64,000 bases of DNA from Candidatus Bipolaricaulota bacterium (GTDB lineage: Bacteria > Bipolaricaulota > Bipolaricaulia > M55B111). The notes under the pieces are model-generated. The model saw only the letters and a program-made list of their open reading frames with translations. It ran no database searches and was not told the origin of the DNA. Shown piece by piece: positions 37,623 to 49,756 of this stretch (within the stretch, counting starts at the first letter, position 1; every line of letters starts with the position of its first letter). Made by a program: the position numbers and the translations under genes. The stretch lies in NCBI GenBank assembly GCA_018334915.1, contig JAGXLB010000001.1, positions 11,017-75,016 on the forward strand, given 5' to 3'.

Positions 37623-38633
37623 ATGCGAGAGGCTGTTTCTCTATTCTCAGGTAGCCTTTCGAGTTCTCTTTCCACGGAGATAGCGGTAAGCCATTGTAAA
37701 GTCAATAGGGTAATTCTTCTGACCTTTCGGTCACCGTTCTTCGGTTACTACGAAGAAATTAAGGATATCGCAAATAATTTATGGCCCGAATGTCAATTCA
37801 GGAGTAAGTCGATAAAGCGTCGAACGGAATGTATAGCCTCGACCGAGGGAGTAGATTCACCAGAGGCGGATTCTTTTTGCACGAGATGTAGATTTGCCCT
37901 GCTGAAAACCGGGGGTGAGTTTCTTGATAGAGTTGGGGGGGATTTCTTGATCTCCGGGGAGAGGGCCGATTTAAGGGGTGAATACTGGGCCGAAAAACTC
38001 GCGAAAATCGAAAGAAGTGCCGGAGTGGGGGATCTGGTTTTTCGCCCGCTTTCCCCGAATATGAATAATTCCCTTCCGGAGAGGAAAGGCTGGATTACTT
38101 CCGATAATGATATTGACGCCAGAAAGGAGGATTCATTGCAGTCCCTTGCAGAAAAACTTGACCTGAACTCGGATTCCCAGTACTTCGGAGCGGGTACAAG
38201 GTGCAAATTAACAAGTCCGAAATACCGGAGAAGATTGAAAGACCTGGTCGAGGAAGAGGATTTTAACGTAAACGATCTCAGGTTGCTGGATTTCAGAGAT
38301 TATTACAAAATTCCTCCTGATACAAAGCTGGTTTTAGCAAAAAATCCCGAAGAGAAAAGAGAACTGCAAAATTACTTTCTTCCCCGGGATTTACGGTTTT
38401 ACCTTCCTACCCATAAGGGGCCCATGGGGCTGGTTCGGTCCGACTGGGACGGAAAATCCGAAAATGCCCTGGAGGAAGTCGTTGATTTAGCTGCCAGGGT
38501 TACAGTTGCGAAAAGTGAGGTAGACGGGCAGTTAAGCGTCCCCGTCAATTACAGGTTTGAGCACGATAACGAAACCTATACCCTTGAAGTACCTCCTCTT
38601 GAAAGTCGGAAGTTAGCCGAGCTATCGTTATAG
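37623..38633 (+). CDS. ThiI-like PP-loop (adenine-nucleotide alpha-hydrolase) domain protein with degenerate SGGxDS motif, plus a C-terminal domain of unknown function
   Basis: The N-terminal region of about 140 aa aligns to the ThiI AANH domain ([39 protein letters not shown] vs the canonical [72 protein letters not shown]...LVFRPL vs FCM..RR.M......A...GA.AI.TGESLGQVASQ...ILRPL). THUMP and ferredoxin-like domains are absent. The C-terminal region of about 170 aa has no recognisable domain. Confidence 0.55.
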   Translation: [336 protein letters not shown]

Positions 38634-38681
38634 TATCTTATCTTCGTTAATTCCTAATTTAAAAACTTTAAAAACAAAACC

Positions 38682-40718
38682 ATGAATAAATCTAACAAAC
38701 TACTGGAAGAACTAAATCCTGAACAGATTAGCGCAGTTACTCATTATAAAGGACCCATTTTGGTGCTATCCGGAGCAGGGAGTGGGAAGACAAGAGTAAT
38801 TACTCACCGGGCGGCTTATTTAATAGACCACTTTGGAATTCCGCCCTCCGATATCCTTGGACTAACTTTTACTAACAAAGCGGCTGACGAAATGAACGAA
38901 CGGCTGGAAAACTTATTACCCCGGCAGCTGGTTGATAGGTCTCCCTGGCTTGGCACGTTTCATGCACTGGGGGCTCAGCTGCTCCGTGATCTCATCGAAG
39001 TTCTTGATAAAGGTTACGATAGGTACTTCACTATCTACGATCAGGCCGACCAGAAGAAGGCAATAAAAGAGATTATGGTGGATTTGGATATTTCTACCGA
39101 GGAGTTCCAGCCCGGGGTAATAGCGTCGTTTATTAACGACGCCAAAAATGACTTGATCGGTCCGGATGAATTTCGGTCAAAAAAAGCAGGGGAGATCGAT
39201 GACTACACTTTAGGAGTGGTTAGCCGTGTCTATAATAGTTATCAGGAAAAACTGGAAGAGTGGAACGGTCTGGATTTTGGTGATTTGATAAGGCTTCCAA
39301 CGGCGTTGCTTGAGAAAGATCTGAAAACCGTTAAAAAGTGGCGAGAAAGATTTGAATTCCTACTCGTCGACGAGTACCAGGATACAAATCACGCTCAGTA
39401 CGTACTGGCAAGCCAGCTGGCAGCCCCGAAGAATAACATCTGTGTGGTAGGGGATGACGACCAGGCCATTTTCAGCTGGAGGGGGGCGGACGTAAGTAAC
39501 CTCCTGGAGTTCGAAGAAGACTACCCTAACGCAAAAGTGGTTCACCTCTCCAGAAACTACCGGTCCAAAAAGCCCATACTAAGGGCGGCTAACGCGATAA
39601 TAAAAAATAATAAGCTTAGGAAGCAGAAAAAAATGAAGCCTGAGAGGGGTGAGGGAAGGTCCATAACGGTTTATAACGCATCCGATGAAGATGACGAAGC
39701 AAACTTCCTCATCCGGCAAATAAAGGAACTCAGGAAAAAGGGGGTTAAACTCGGAGAAATAGCCATCCTGTACAGAGTTAATCCTCTGTCTCGGGGAATC
39801 GAGAAGAAGCTGGTGAAACGTAATATTCCTTACGAGATTGTCCGGGGGACCAGGTTCTATGAAAGGCGGGAAGTAAAGGACGTACTGGCGTATTTAAGGG
39901 TTGTCTGTAATCCTCATGACGATCTTCATCTCCTTCGGATAATCAATGTTCCCCGGAGAGGGATAGGATCAAAAACCGAGGAAGCGATTCGACGATTGGC
40001 CCGAAGTCAGGGTGCGTCCGTGTGGGACGTATTAACGAACGAAGAAAAACCTTCCGAGCTCTCAAGCCGCCAGAAGTCCAGATTGGAAAATTTTAAGGAA
40101 TTAATCGAGGATATGAGAGAGCGAAGGGGAGAAGGGGGTTTAGTTGACTTCGTAAAACAGGTGATTTCGGAGACTGGCTACTTCTCTTTCCTCGAAAAGG
40201 AATATGATCCGGAATCGGCTGAAGACCGGAGAAACAACGTACGAGAGTTAATTGGTCAAATAAAGGAGACGAAGGACGAAACCCTGGACCTTGAGGAATT
40301 CCTTGAAAACGTTGCCCTTGAATCCGACGTGGATAATTACGAGAATCAGCGTAATAAAGTATCGTTGTTGACGTTACACTCGGCGAAAGGGCTAGAGTTT
40401 GGTTATGTTTTTATGGTTGCAATGGAGGATGGATTACTGCCTCATAAAAGGTCGCTGGAAGAGCAGAGAATGGAAGAAGAAAGGAGACTTTGTTACGTGG
40501 GTCTGACAAGGGCCAAGAACAGGGTATTCCTTACTTACACTGACAGCAGGTTTCTCTACGGTCAGAGGTTCAGCCACTTGCCTTCCCGGTTTCTTGAAGA
40601 GATTCCTGATGAAGAGAAAATATACGTAAAGAAAGAATCCGGTGCAGTGACCTCAAAGGGAGATGGCTCACGAGTCAATAACGCTGGCGGGGAAAGCTGG
40701 AAGGACTTCCTGGAATGA
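38682..40718 (+). CDS. pcrA: ATP-dependent DNA helicase PcrA/UvrD family
   Basis: 678 aa; SF1 helicase motifs (LSGAGSGKTRVITHR; LTFTNKAADEM; VDEYQDTNHAQY; YRSKKPIL; HSAKGLEFGYVFM; VGLTRAK). Confidence 0.95.
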   Translation: MNKSNKLLEELNPEQISAVTHYKGPILVLSGAGSGKTRVITHRAAYLIDHFGIPPSDILGLTFTNKAADEMNERLENLLPRQLVDRSPWLGTFHALGAQLLRDLIEVLDKGYDRYFTIYDQADQKKAIKEIMVDLDISTEEFQPGVIASFINDAKNDLIGPDEFRSKKAGEIDDYTLGVVSRVYNSYQEKLEEWNGLDFGDLIRLPTALLEKDLKTVKKWRERFEFLLVDEYQDTNHAQYVLASQLAAPKNNICVVGDDDQAIFSWRGADVSNLLEFEEDYPNAKVVHLSRNYRSKKPILRAANAIIKNNKLRKQKKMKPERGEGRSITVYNASDEDDEANFLIRQIKELRKKGVKLGEIAILYRVNPLSRGIEKKLVKRNIPYEIVRGTRFYERREVKDVLAYLRVVCNPHDDLHLLRIINVPRRGIGSKTEEAIRRLARSQGASVWDVLTNEEKPSELSSRQKSRLENFKELIEDMRERRGEGGLVDFVKQVISETGYFSFLEKEYDPESAEDRRNNVRELIGQIKETKDETLDLEEFLENVALESDVDNYENQRNKVSLLTLHSAKGLEFGYVFMVAMEDGLLPHKRSLEEQRMEEERRLCYVGLTRAKNRVFLTYTDSRFLYGQRFSHLPSRFLEEIPDEEKIYVKKESGAVTSKGDGSRVNNAGGESWKDFLE

Positions 40719-40925
40719 GTTGAAATCGTTCCCACCTGCCTTATAATTGGTGAGCAGTTTCGTTAAGTTAACTTAATGCTTTTATACTTATCTATTCTAG
40801 TGCACCAGCCTTGATTTGGTACCAAAAAAGTAGAAAAATGTAGTCAGAATCGTGGACTTTACGGGAAGATGAAGTAGCTATTTCTAAATCGGGTAATTTA
40901 GATTTTATGGAGAGGTGGGGGGTTT

Positions 40926-41228
40926 ATGCCTTTATACAAGTATCGCTGTACTGAATGTGATAACACCTTTAAGGTCCTGCAAAGGAACGGAAAAAAGGAC
41001 GAAGAGCCCGAATGTCCGGTTTGTGGAGCCAGAGAAACCGAAAGAGTAATTTCAAGTGTCGGAATTAGGTTTAAAGGGAGCGGTTTTTACAGAACCGATT
41101 ATGGTGACGGTAATAGCAGTTATAAAGGAAATGGTAATAATGGGGGGAAGGACGGGAACGGTAAAGGTTCCGGAGAGACAGGAAAAAGCGAAAAAGAAGG
41201 TGCAAGTTCAGGTAGAGGAGAAGATTGA
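40926..41228 (+). CDS. FmdB-family zinc-ribbon protein with Gly-rich tail
   Basis: 100 aa; YKYRCTECDNTF...CPVCG (CxxC...CxxC) followed by a G/N/K-rich tail. Confidence 0.75.
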   Translation: MPLYKYRCTECDNTFKVLQRNGKKDEEPECPVCGARETERVISSVGIRFKGSGFYRTDYGDGNSSYKGNGNNGGKDGNGKGSGETGKSEKEGASSGRGED

Positions 41229-41630
41229 TCGGGAATTGATTACTTTCGATATTAAGCGCTTTTCGGGTTTTGCCGGTTAGAGGTGGTTTTAGAACGCGCT
41301 CCAGCTCGGCAAGTGAGTAGGGCCAAAGAGGGTGTTCTTCTTATTATACTTTTCTCGGTTATCTTGCGGCATATTAGAGCTGGAGAATTACTTCACATTA
41401 ACTGTCGGGCTTTCCCAATCTTATCAAATCCAACAACTAAAGAATCGGGGTTAAAAAATTGTGACGTTATGGTTTAACCTGAATAGTGTAGATTTTGCAC
41501 TTTTTCAAGCTCAGCAAGGCTAGAAAGAGAATAAGTCTCAACCAACGTTAGGTGCCTTTCTACAAGTAATATCCATAAGAAGACTCCTGTAAAATGGTTG
41601 GTTTTATCATTAGTAGCGAGGTGATTGCGG

Positions 41631-44600
41631 ATGTTGTCGGGTGACGATATCAAGGAAGTAAAATTGATGTTTGCTTCACCGGAAGAGATCAGGAGATGGT
41701 CTCACGGTGAGGTTACTGAATCAGAGACGATAAATTATAGAACTCACAAGCCCGAAAAGGGTGGGTTGTACGCCGAGGAAATTTTCGGGCCTGAAGAGGA
41801 TTATAAGTGTGCCTGTGGAAAATACGAAGGGAAGAAATACGAGGGTATAACCTGCGAAAAGTGTGGCGTTCTAGTTACTGATTCTTCGGTCAGGCGCGAA
41901 AACATGGGTCACATCGAACTTGCAAGTTCCGTTATCCATTTTTGGTTTCTTAAAGGTATATCCAGTCCGCTGAGCAAGTTACTGGATATAAAGAAGAAAA
42001 CTCTGAGGAAGATAGCTTACTACGAAGCAGAGACAACGCTTGAAGATATTGAGATCGTTATTTCCACGGAAGGCGATAAAGTGAGGGAGGGTGAGCGCCT
42101 CTATAGTTCTGAACTGGAAATACTATCCCGGCACCTGGATTTTGAAACGGAGAACGGCATCGTAATAAATGACGCACCGAAACTTACCGCAAACGAAGAC
42201 GGAGAAGTATCGATTGACCACAAAAAATTACAGAACGGAGAAGGCATCGCCGTGGTTTCGATAGCGGATGAAGAATTCCCCGTATCGGAAGACGTCATTC
42301 TTGAGGTCAGTGACGGAGACGAGGTTGAAGAAGGAGACCTTATTGCGGAGACGCCGGTAGGTGAAATCTGTTCTGAAACTTTCCTCGAAATGGCGAAATC
42401 CCGCTATGGCGACGCCATAGAATCCGAGGAGGCACAGGAAGAAGTCGACAACCTTGCTTTTTTGGTAACTTCCGTGGAAAACGAAGAAGTTCCTCTGGAA
42501 GTTGGACAAAAGATTGCCCAGCTTGAGAAGGAAGCTTACGAAAGATTGTATCCTGCCGGATTTTCTGCGTACACTGGAGCGAAAGGGATCAAAGGATTGC
42601 TGGAAAACATCGATCTGGAAGAGCTCAGTCAGTCGCTCAGCAATAGGTTAAGCAAGGAAACCTCAAAGACAGCAAAAAATAAGCTATCTAAAAGGCTTAG
42701 TGTAGTCGAGAAACTCCGAGACTCAGGGAACGAAGCAAGCTATATTGCCCTGGACGCAATACCGGTACTTCCTCCCGACCTCAGGCCGATAGTTCACCTG
42801 GAAGGTGGGAAGTTCGCTACCACTGACCTCAATGACCTCTATAGAAGGATTATAAACAGAAATAACAGACTCAAGCGGCTGGAGGACATGGGAGCTCCCG
42901 AGGTTATCCTCAGGAACGAACGTCGAATGCTCCAGGAATCAGTGGACGCCATTATACATAATGAAAAGAAAAACACACCTATTAGAGGGAAGGACGACCG
43001 TCCGCTAAAGTCGCTTTCGGATAGAATATCGGGCAAGCACGGTAGGCTAAGGCGTAACCTGCTCGGAAGGCGGGTTGACTATTCCGGTCGAGCAGTTATC
43101 GTTGTTGATCCCGAACTGAAGCTCTGGCAGTGTGGAGTTCCGAAGAAAATGGCTCTGGAACTTTTCAAGCCTTTCGTTACCAGGTACCTGGATGACACGA
43201 CCTATTCGGATTACAACGAGATAAAGAACAAAGCTCTTGCGGGGGAAATGCCTGACGTCTGGAATTATTTGGAAGATCTCCTCCAGGAAAGGCCCGTACT
43301 GCTCAATCGAGCCCCGACCCTGCATAGACTTGGTATAGAAGCGTTCGAGCCAAAGCTGGTAGACGGTGATGCCATACATATTCATCCGCACGTCTGTCCG
43401 CCCTACAACGCGGACTTTGACGGAGATCAGATGGCTATTCACCTTCCGTTAACGAGGGAAGCCGTAAACGAATCGAGAGATATAATGCTCTCGTCGAAAA
43501 ATTTGCTTTCTCCAGCTTACGGAGGACCGCTTACTAAACCGACGCAGGATCAGATTTACGCTTACTACTATCTTACCGAAATAGACGAGGATGGTAAGGG
43601 AGAGGGCAAGTACTTTGCCAACCTCCAGGAAGCAAAAAGGGCCTACCAAAACGACGTTATTGGTCTTCACGCTCCTGTAAAGATTCGTATTGACGGGGAG
43701 ATAGTCGATACTACTCTTGGTAGGGCGAAGTTAAACGAACTATTCCCATCCGATCTCAGGAATTACGATAAGAAGTTTGAATCTTCTGATATTTCTGAGC
43801 TCTTGATGAAGGTTTACGAAAACTACGGAAATGAACGGGTCGTTAGTTTATTGGACGATCTTAAGGAACTTGGCTTCTCTGAAGCGACTCAATCGGCACT
43901 TACCATTTCTACGACCGACTGTCTGGCTCCAGATGAAAAGGACGCCATTCTCGAACGAGCTATGGACAGGGTAAGAGAAGTGAACGAAATGTTTGAGCGA
44001 GGACTTGCTTCCGAAGACGAGAGATCTTCCACGATCGTGGACATCTGGCACGAGACGGTGGACGAGATCGAAGATGCTACCATGAGTAACTTTGCGGAAA
44101 ACAAGTTTAATTCTCTTCAGATGATGGTAGGTTCGGGAGCTCGCGGAAGTGCCGATCAGGTGAAGCAGTTAGCTGGTATGCGTGGACTTATGGCGGATCC
44201 CTCCGGCGATGTAATAGAGATGCCGGTTAAGTCAAACTTCCGAGAGGGCTTGGATATGATGGAATACTTTATATCCACCCACGGTGGACGGAAAGGGACT
44301 GCCGACACCGCACTGAAAACAGCCGATTCCGGCTATCTGACGCGGAGGCTTGTCGAAGCTGTTTCGAATATAGTAGTCCGGGAGTCGGACTGTGGCACCA
44401 ATAGAGGGCTCGAGATAGACCCGTTGAGATACGATGGCGGGGAACTAATGGAAGGTATCGAGGAGAGGGTCTACGGAAAAACATTAGCTGAACCCGTTAT
44501 TGATCCCGATGACGGTAGCGTGATGGGAGAAGAAGGCGAACTTGTAGACAAGGAACTAGCCTCCCGTCTGGAAAGAAAAAAGATAACCGTCGAGCTTTCC

Positions 44601-46613
44601 AACGATGGCCTGGAAAAGATAATGGGCACCAGTAGCCTGGAAGATGTTCGCGACCCGGAAAGTGGTAACGTGATTGTAGAGAGAGACGAAGTTATAGGTC
44701 CGGCCGAACGGGGTAAACTGAAAGCTAGTGGCGTAGGTGAGATCAAAGTGCGACCGCAAATTGTGGTTAGGTCTCCGGTAACATGTGAGACGGAGAAAGG
44801 TGTCTGTCAGCAGTGTTATGGCATGGATATGTCAACACACGAACTTGTGGACAAAGGAGAGGCTGCGGGAATAATTGCGGCTCAGTCGATCGGTGAGCCT
44901 GGAACTCAGTTGACAATGAGAACATTCCACTCCGGTGGTGTTGCAGGAGAGGATATTACTCAGGGATTACCCAGAGCGGAAGAATTATTCGAAGCACGGA
45001 AGACGACGAAGAGTGCCCAGGCTACTATCACCGACATAGAAGGCCACATCACAGAGATGACTGACACGGAAGAAGGAAAGAGAATAGAGATTGAAGGGGA
45101 ATCTCAGGAGTTAACGGTCCCTTCGTCTCTTTGTCTGGTGGAACCTGATGAAGAAGCAAACCTATCGGATGTCGTCGACAATACAAGCCCTCACGCCGGA
45201 ACGGTTCGGATAGTAGAGGAAGAAGGTCAGAGGGTTATGTATCTTCTTATGAGTCGTTCGGATGCCTACTACGAATTGCCTGACGGGCTGGAGATCGAAA
45301 AGGAGTCTGGTGATTTCGTAGAAAAAGGAGACGTTCTCTCCGATAAGGTCAAACTTGATCAGGTATTTGCCAAGAAAGGCGGGACGATTGAGGAGATAGA
45401 CAGAGGCAAACGGTTGATTTCTCTTACCGATCACGAAGGGAACGTGGTTGACCACCTTATACCTCCTCTGGCAAAGCCGCTGGTCGAGGAAGGCGAGGGT
45501 GTCGATGAAGGAGAAAAGCTCATTGATCTAAAAAGTTCTGACCAGTTAACAGCCGACAAGTCAGGCGTTTTAATAATCGCTGATAATTCGGTGATTATAT
45601 TCCAGCCTGAGGATGGGCGCAAGAGAATTCCACTTTCCGAAGCCATGATTCCGGAAGTTGTAGACGGAGAAGAGGTGAAAAAAGGCAAAACGCTTTTTTC
45701 CATCGACAGACCGGCAGACCGTAGGCTGATTATTAACGAAGTGGAGGAAGTAAATGAAGATTTCGCCCGGTTAACTTACAGGTATCGGGAAGAGGTTAAT
45801 ATTACGCACTCTCCCGTTGTAGACCTGGGTGATAAAGTTAAGCCGGGAGAACAACTCTCCAAAGGAGTAATTCCGCCACACAACTTGCTGGATAAAGCGG
45901 GAGTAGAAAGAACCTACGAATATTTACTTACCGAGATCCAGAAGGTCTATAAGAGTCAGGGAGTAGACATTAACGATACCCACGTCGAAATTATTATTGC
46001 TCAGATGTTGAATAACGTGATAGTAAGTGATAGAGGGGATTCTGACCTGACTCAAAACGAATTGATTACCCTGGAAGAATTCAGGAATGTGGTTAATAAG
46101 TTGAGGATAAAGAACGAAAAGGTCAGGGAAAATAGAAGGGAAATACTGGGAAGGGAGATAGCTGAAGACGTAAAGAAGGGTAAGCGGTTGATAGCAAAGG
46201 AAGAGGAAACAGTGACGGAAAACGTACTGGAATACGCGACGGAGTCAGGTATAAAAGAAATACCCGTGATTTTTGATGGCGAGGTCAAGGATTTACGGGT
46301 AAAGGAATTCCAGCTTCCCGAAGCGGATAGACAGCTATTGAGGATATCCAAGTCCGCTCTCAAAACCAAAGGTTGGCTCTCCGCGGCTTCGTTCCAGAGA
46401 ACCACGTCTGCACTAACCAATGCGGCTTTGAGTGGCCAGTCCGATGAACTAAAGGGCCTTAAGCCCAACATAATTGTAGGCAAGAAAGTATCGGTAGGAA
46501 CCGGATTCGAGGATGAGGAAAACGAAGACAAGAAGATGCCTCAGGAAGAGGAGCGAGCCGAAACTGGAGAAGAGAAAGAGGGGCTAAGTCCCGTGGATTC
46601 TAAGTCAGCTTGA
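41631..46613 (+). CDS. rpoC: DNA-directed RNA polymerase subunit beta-prime (unusually long; lineage-specific insertions)
   Basis: N-terminal zinc ribbon (CACGKY...CEKCGV), NADFDGDQM catalytic motif, bridge helix, trigger loop and C-terminal region all present. There is an insertion of about 150 aa after the Zn ribbon/clamp region relative to the E. coli beta-prime N-terminus, and a large trigger-loop insertion (SI3-like). ATG at 41631 after a GAGGTGA RBS (the ORF-track start is TTG at 41625). No rpoB upstream. Confidence 0.95.
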   Translation: MLSGDDIKEVKLMFASPEEIRRWSHGEVTESETINYRTHKPEKGGLYAEEIFGPEEDYKCACGKYEGKKYEGITCEKCGVLVTDSSVRRENMGHIELASSVIHFWFLKGISSPLSKLLDIKKKTLRKIAYYEAETTLEDIEIVISTEGDKVREGERLYSSELEILSRHLDFETENGIVINDAPKLTANEDGEVSIDHKKLQNGEGIAVVSIADEEFPVSEDVILEVSDGDEVEEGDLIAETPVGEICSETFLEMAKSRYGDAIESEEAQEEVDNLAFLVTSVENEEVPLEVGQKIAQLEKEAYERLYPAGFSAYTGAKGIKGLLENIDLEELSQSLSNRLSKETSKTAKNKLSKRLSVVEKLRDSGNEASYIALDAIPVLPPDLRPIVHLEGGKFATTDLNDLYRRIINRNNRLKRLEDMGAPEVILRNERRMLQESVDAIIHNEKKNTPIRGKDDRPLKSLSDRISGKHGRLRRNLLGRRVDYSGRAVIVVDPELKLWQCGVPKKMALELFKPFVTRYLDDTTYSDYNEIKNKALAGEMPDVWNYLEDLLQERPVLLNRAPTLHRLGIEAFEPKLVDGDAIHIHPHVCPPYNADFDGDQMAIHLPLTREAVNESRDIMLSSKNLLSPAYGGPLTKPTQDQIYAYYYLTEIDEDGKGEGKYFANLQEAKRAYQNDVIGLHAPVKIRIDGEIVDTTLGRAKLNELFPSDLRNYDKKFESSDISELLMKVYENYGNERVVSLLDDLKELGFSEATQSALTISTTDCLAPDEKDAILERAMDRVREVNEMFERGLASEDERSSTIVDIWHETVDEIEDATMSNFAENKFNSLQMMVGSGARGSADQVKQLAGMRGLMADPSGDVIEMPVKSNFREGLDMMEYFISTHGGRKGTADTALKTADSGYLTRRLVEAVSNIVVRESDCGTNRGLEIDPLRYDGGELMEGIEERVYGKTLAEPVIDPDDGSVMGEEGELVDKELASRLERKKITVELSNDGLEKIMGTSSLEDVRDPESGNVIVERDEVIGPAERGKLKASGVGEIKVRPQIVVRSPVTCETEKGVCQQCYGMDMSTHELVDKGEAAGIIAAQSIGEPGTQLTMRTFHSGGVAGEDITQGLPRAEELFEARKTTKSAQATITDIEGHITEMTDTEEGKRIEIEGESQELTVPSSLCLVEPDEEANLSDVVDNTSPHAGTVRIVEEEGQRVMYLLMSRSDAYYELPDGLEIEKESGDFVEKGDVLSDKVKLDQVFAKKGGTIEEIDRGKRLISLTDHEGNVVDHLIPPLAKPLVEEGEGVDEGEKLIDLKSSDQLTADKSGVLIIADNSVIIFQPEDGRKRIPLSEAMIPEVVDGEEVKKGKTLFSIDRPADRRLIINEVEEVNEDFARLTYRYREEVNITHSPVVDLGDKVKPGEQLSKGVIPPHNLLDKAGVERTYEYLLTEIQKVYKSQGVDINDTHVEIIIAQMLNNVIVSDRGDSDLTQNELITLEEFRNVVNKLRIKNEKVRENRREILGREIAEDVKKGKRLIAKEEETVTENVLEYATESGIKEIPVIFDGEVKDLRVKEFQLPEADRQLLRISKSALKTKGWLSAASFQRTTSALTNAALSGQSDELKGLKPNIIVGKKVSVGTGFEDEENEDKKMPQEEERAETGEEKEGLSPVDSKSA

Positions 46614-46672
46614 CAATAAAAAGGGGCTAGCTTATAATTTCTGGCACTTAACAGGAGTGATGAGAATAAGAT

Positions 46673-47044
46673 ATGCCGACGATTAATCAGCTAGTAAGGA
46701 AAGGAAGATCGAGTAAGAAGAAGAAGACCAGCTCCCGGGCTCTGGACGGCTGTCCACAGAAACGAGGGGTAGTAACCAGGGTATATACCAGGACTCCGAA
46801 AAAGCCGAACTCGGCGTTGAGGAAGGTTGCGCGAGTCAGGTTGAGTAATGGAAAAGAAGTAACGGCATACATACCTGGCGAGGGTCACGAATTGCAGGAA
46901 CATGCCGTAGTGCTGGTTAGAGGGGGACGAGTTAAAGATTTGCCGGGGGTAAGATATCATATTGTTCGCGGAGCTTACGACGTAACCGGTGTAGATGGAA
47001 GGAAACAGGGCCGGTCTAAATATGGAACGAAGAAGCCGAGTTAG
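46673..47044 (+). CDS. rpsL: 30S ribosomal protein S12
   Basis: 123 aa; [12 protein letters not shown]...[11 protein letters not shown]... Confidence 0.97.
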   Translation: MPTINQLVRKGRSSKKKKTSSRALDGCPQKRGVVTRVYTRTPKKPNSALRKVARVRLSNGKEVTAYIPGEGHELQEHAVVLVRGGRVKDLPGVRYHIVRGAYDVTGVDGRKQGRSKYGTKKPS

Positions 47045-47056
47045 GAGGATGGATTA

Positions 47057-47515
47057 ATGGGATTGCCTGGACGTGAAGTAAACCAAGACATTAAACACGG
47101 GAGCAAGTTGGTCGGGAAGTTTGCAAACTATATAATGCAGGATGGAAAGAAGAACCTTGCTTTTAAAATTATTTACAAGGCTTTTTCTCTAATTGAAGAG
47201 AGAGAAGGAGAGCCTGGAGTCAAAGTTTTCCGGGAAGCGATAGATAATATTTCGCCCGAACTGGAGACGAGAAGCAGAAGAGTTGGAGGGGCAAATTATC
47301 AGGTGCCGTACGAAGTTTCATCGGATAGACAGGTTGCGCTTTCCTTCCGCTGGTTGGTTGATGTTGCTTCATCAAGAAACGAACCCCGGATGGAAGAGCG
47401 TCTGGCGAGCGAAATAATATTGGCCAGCAACAAGGAAGGGGAAGCTTACGAGAGAAAGCTTGAATCCCACCGACGCGCGGAGGCTAATAAGGCCTTTGCC
47501 CATTATCGCTGGTAA
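47057..47515 (+). CDS. rpsG: 30S ribosomal protein S7
   Basis: 152 aa; S7 signature GANYQVPYEV... and ...AFAHYRW. Confidence 0.97.
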   Translation: MGLPGREVNQDIKHGSKLVGKFANYIMQDGKKNLAFKIIYKAFSLIEEREGEPGVKVFREAIDNISPELETRSRRVGGANYQVPYEVSSDRQVALSFRWLVDVASSRNEPRMEERLASEIILASNKEGEAYERKLESHRRAEANKAFAHYRW

Positions 47516-47624
47516 ATCTTCGGCGATTCGAGATTAATCTGGTTTTATCTCCATAAAGTCCTTTCCAATTGAGAAAGGGTTTTTGTATCTTAGCCGCTCT
47601 TAGGGATTTATAGGAATTTATATT

Positions 47625-49754
47625 ATGATAATGACAAAACAGAAAACAGACGGGATTGTGGACGAAGAGATAAGGGACGAGGAGCTCGAGGAAATGCGGA
47701 ACATCGGCATCATGGCGCATATCGATGCTGGGAAGACTACTGCAACGGAGCGAATGTTATATTACTCCGGTCGGACCTATAAGATCGGGGAAGTCCACGA
47801 CGGGGACGCAGAAATGGACTGGATGGACCAGGAAAAAGAGCGGGGGATAACTATAACTTCTGCCGCTACCACCTGCTACTGGCAGGATCATCAGATTAAT
47901 ATTATCGATACTCCCGGCCATGTGGACTTCACTGCGGAAGTAGAGAGGTCTCTTCGGGTTCTGGATGGTGCGGTAGCACTGTTCTCCGGCGTTGAAATGG
48001 TCGAATCCCAGTCCGAAAAGGTCTGGCGACAGGCTGATCGTTACAATGTGCCGAGGATTGCCTTTGTAAACAAGCTTGATAGGACGGAATCACGATACGA
48101 CAAGACGATAGAAATGATCGAAGAGCGGTTAGGGGTAACCACCCTGCCGCTTCAATTAGTTTATAGGGACGATTCGGGCGAATTGGTAGGAATGATAGAC
48201 CTGATTAATCCGTCGCTAATGACCTGGGATCAGGATACGAAAGGTGCGGAATACGAGCGCAGTCCGATTCCGGAGGACGTAAAGGACAAAGCGGCCAGGT
48301 GGAGAGAAGATCTGGTTGAGAAGGCCGCCGAGTACGATGACGAGTTGATGATGCAATTCCTGGAAGAAGAAGAAATTTCCAAAGACCTGCTCGTCCGGGC
48401 TATCCGTAAGGCTACTATAGTGGGTTCGTGTGTGCCGGTTCTGGGTGGTTCGGCTCTTAAAAACGTAGGGGTTCAACCTATTCTGGATGCCGTGGTAAAT
48501 TATCTTCCCAGCCCGAACGACGTTCCGGCAGTTGAAGGTTTTCGCGTGGATGGAGAGGAAGACGGGGAAAAGCTAAAGCGGTATCCTTCGCCGGAAGAGC
48601 CTCTTGCGAGCCTTGCGTTCAAGGTGACCACGGATCAGTATACCGGAACACTGATTTATTTAAGAATCTATTCGGGAACTCTGGAAGAAGGAGATAACGT
48701 ATATAACCCGAATTCGGGTAACACGGAAAGGGTCTCCCGAATGTTTCACATGCATGCAAACCGAAGGGAGAGAGTGGATGAAGCCAAGGCTGGGGATATA
48801 GTAGCTGTAGTCGGACCCGATCATACGTCCACCGGGGAGACTCTTTGCAGTAAAGATGACCCGATAGTACTTCAGCGAATAGATTTTCCCGAACCGGTTA
48901 TATCAGTGGCAATAGAACCCCGGAAGGAATCTGACGAAAGCCGTTTAACTGATGCTATCAACAAGTTAGCCAAGGAAGATCCGACTTTTAAGGTGGAGAA
49001 CGATCCAGACACCAACCAGACGATAATTTCGGGGATGGGGGAGCTCCACCTGGAGATATTGACGAGAAGGCTGAAAGAGGAATTCGATGTAGAGGCACTC
49101 GTTGGGAAACCCAGTGTCACATATAAAGAGACACTCAAGTCGGACTCCGATATTGACGAGGAATTTGCCAAGCAGTCCGGGGGCAGGGGACAGTATGCCC
49201 GGGTCAAGATTCACTTTGAGCCGCTAAAGCGCGGTTCCGGCTTTGAATTCGAAAATGAGGTAAAGGAAGGAAGAGTTCCAAAGGAATATATCAAATCCGT
49301 CAGAGAGGGAATCGAAGAATCCCTTGGAAATGGGCAACTGGCCGGTTATAACGTAACAGACGTACGGGCTACTCTTTACGATGGCGCCCATCATCCAGTG
49401 GATTCTTCCGATATGGCTTTTAAAGCGGCAGGGTCGCGGGCAACAACCAGAGCACTCAAAGGGAACTCACGGTTGCTTGAACCGATAATGGAAGGAGAGG
49501 TGTTTGTTCCCGGTGACCACGTCGGTGACGTGATGGAAGATATATCCAAACGTCGAGGTAAAGTGACTGGAATAGAGAGCCGCGAGGGTATCCAGCTGGT
49601 GGAATTTAAACTTCCTCTTGCCGAGTCATTTGGTTATGCTACGAGGCTTCGTTCCATTACACGAGGTCGAGGTACTTATTCGCTGAGTTTTTCTCATTTC
49701 CAAGAAGTACCGGAGAAAGTAAAGGAGGAAATCTTAAATAAACGAGGTTATTAA
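47625..49754 (+). CDS. fusA: Elongation factor G
   Basis: 709 aa; GTPase motifs ([21 protein letters not shown]) and domains II-V of EF-G. Confidence 0.97.
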   Translation: MIMTKQKTDGIVDEEIRDEELEEMRNIGIMAHIDAGKTTATERMLYYSGRTYKIGEVHDGDAEMDWMDQEKERGITITSAATTCYWQDHQINIIDTPGHVDFTAEVERSLRVLDGAVALFSGVEMVESQSEKVWRQADRYNVPRIAFVNKLDRTESRYDKTIEMIEERLGVTTLPLQLVYRDDSGELVGMIDLINPSLMTWDQDTKGAEYERSPIPEDVKDKAARWREDLVEKAAEYDDELMMQFLEEEEISKDLLVRAIRKATIVGSCVPVLGGSALKNVGVQPILDAVVNYLPSPNDVPAVEGFRVDGEEDGEKLKRYPSPEEPLASLAFKVTTDQYTGTLIYLRIYSGTLEEGDNVYNPNSGNTERVSRMFHMHANRRERVDEAKAGDIVAVVGPDHTSTGETLCSKDDPIVLQRIDFPEPVISVAIEPRKESDESRLTDAINKLAKEDPTFKVENDPDTNQTIISGMGELHLEILTRRLKEEFDVEALVGKPSVTYKETLKSDSDIDEEFAKQSGGRGQYARVKIHFEPLKRGSGFEFENEVKEGRVPKEYIKSVREGIEESLGNGQLAGYNVTDVRATLYDGAHHPVDSSDMAFKAAGSRATTRALKGNSRLLEPIMEGEVFVPGDHVGDVMEDISKRRGKVTGIESREGIQLVEFKLPLAESFGYATRLRSITRGRGTYSLSFSHFQEVPEKVKEEILNKRGY

Positions 49755-49756
49755 AA

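Noticed and set aside
41283-41477. 64-aa ORF in the rpoC leader
   Set aside because: No RBS, no recognisable domain, and hydrophobic low-complexity composition; more likely a non-coding leader.
42101-46531. Multiple minus-strand ORFs (for example 43047..43442, 46052..46531) inside rpoC
   Set aside because: Antisense, low-complexity frames within a gene that has unambiguous beta-prime homology along its full length.
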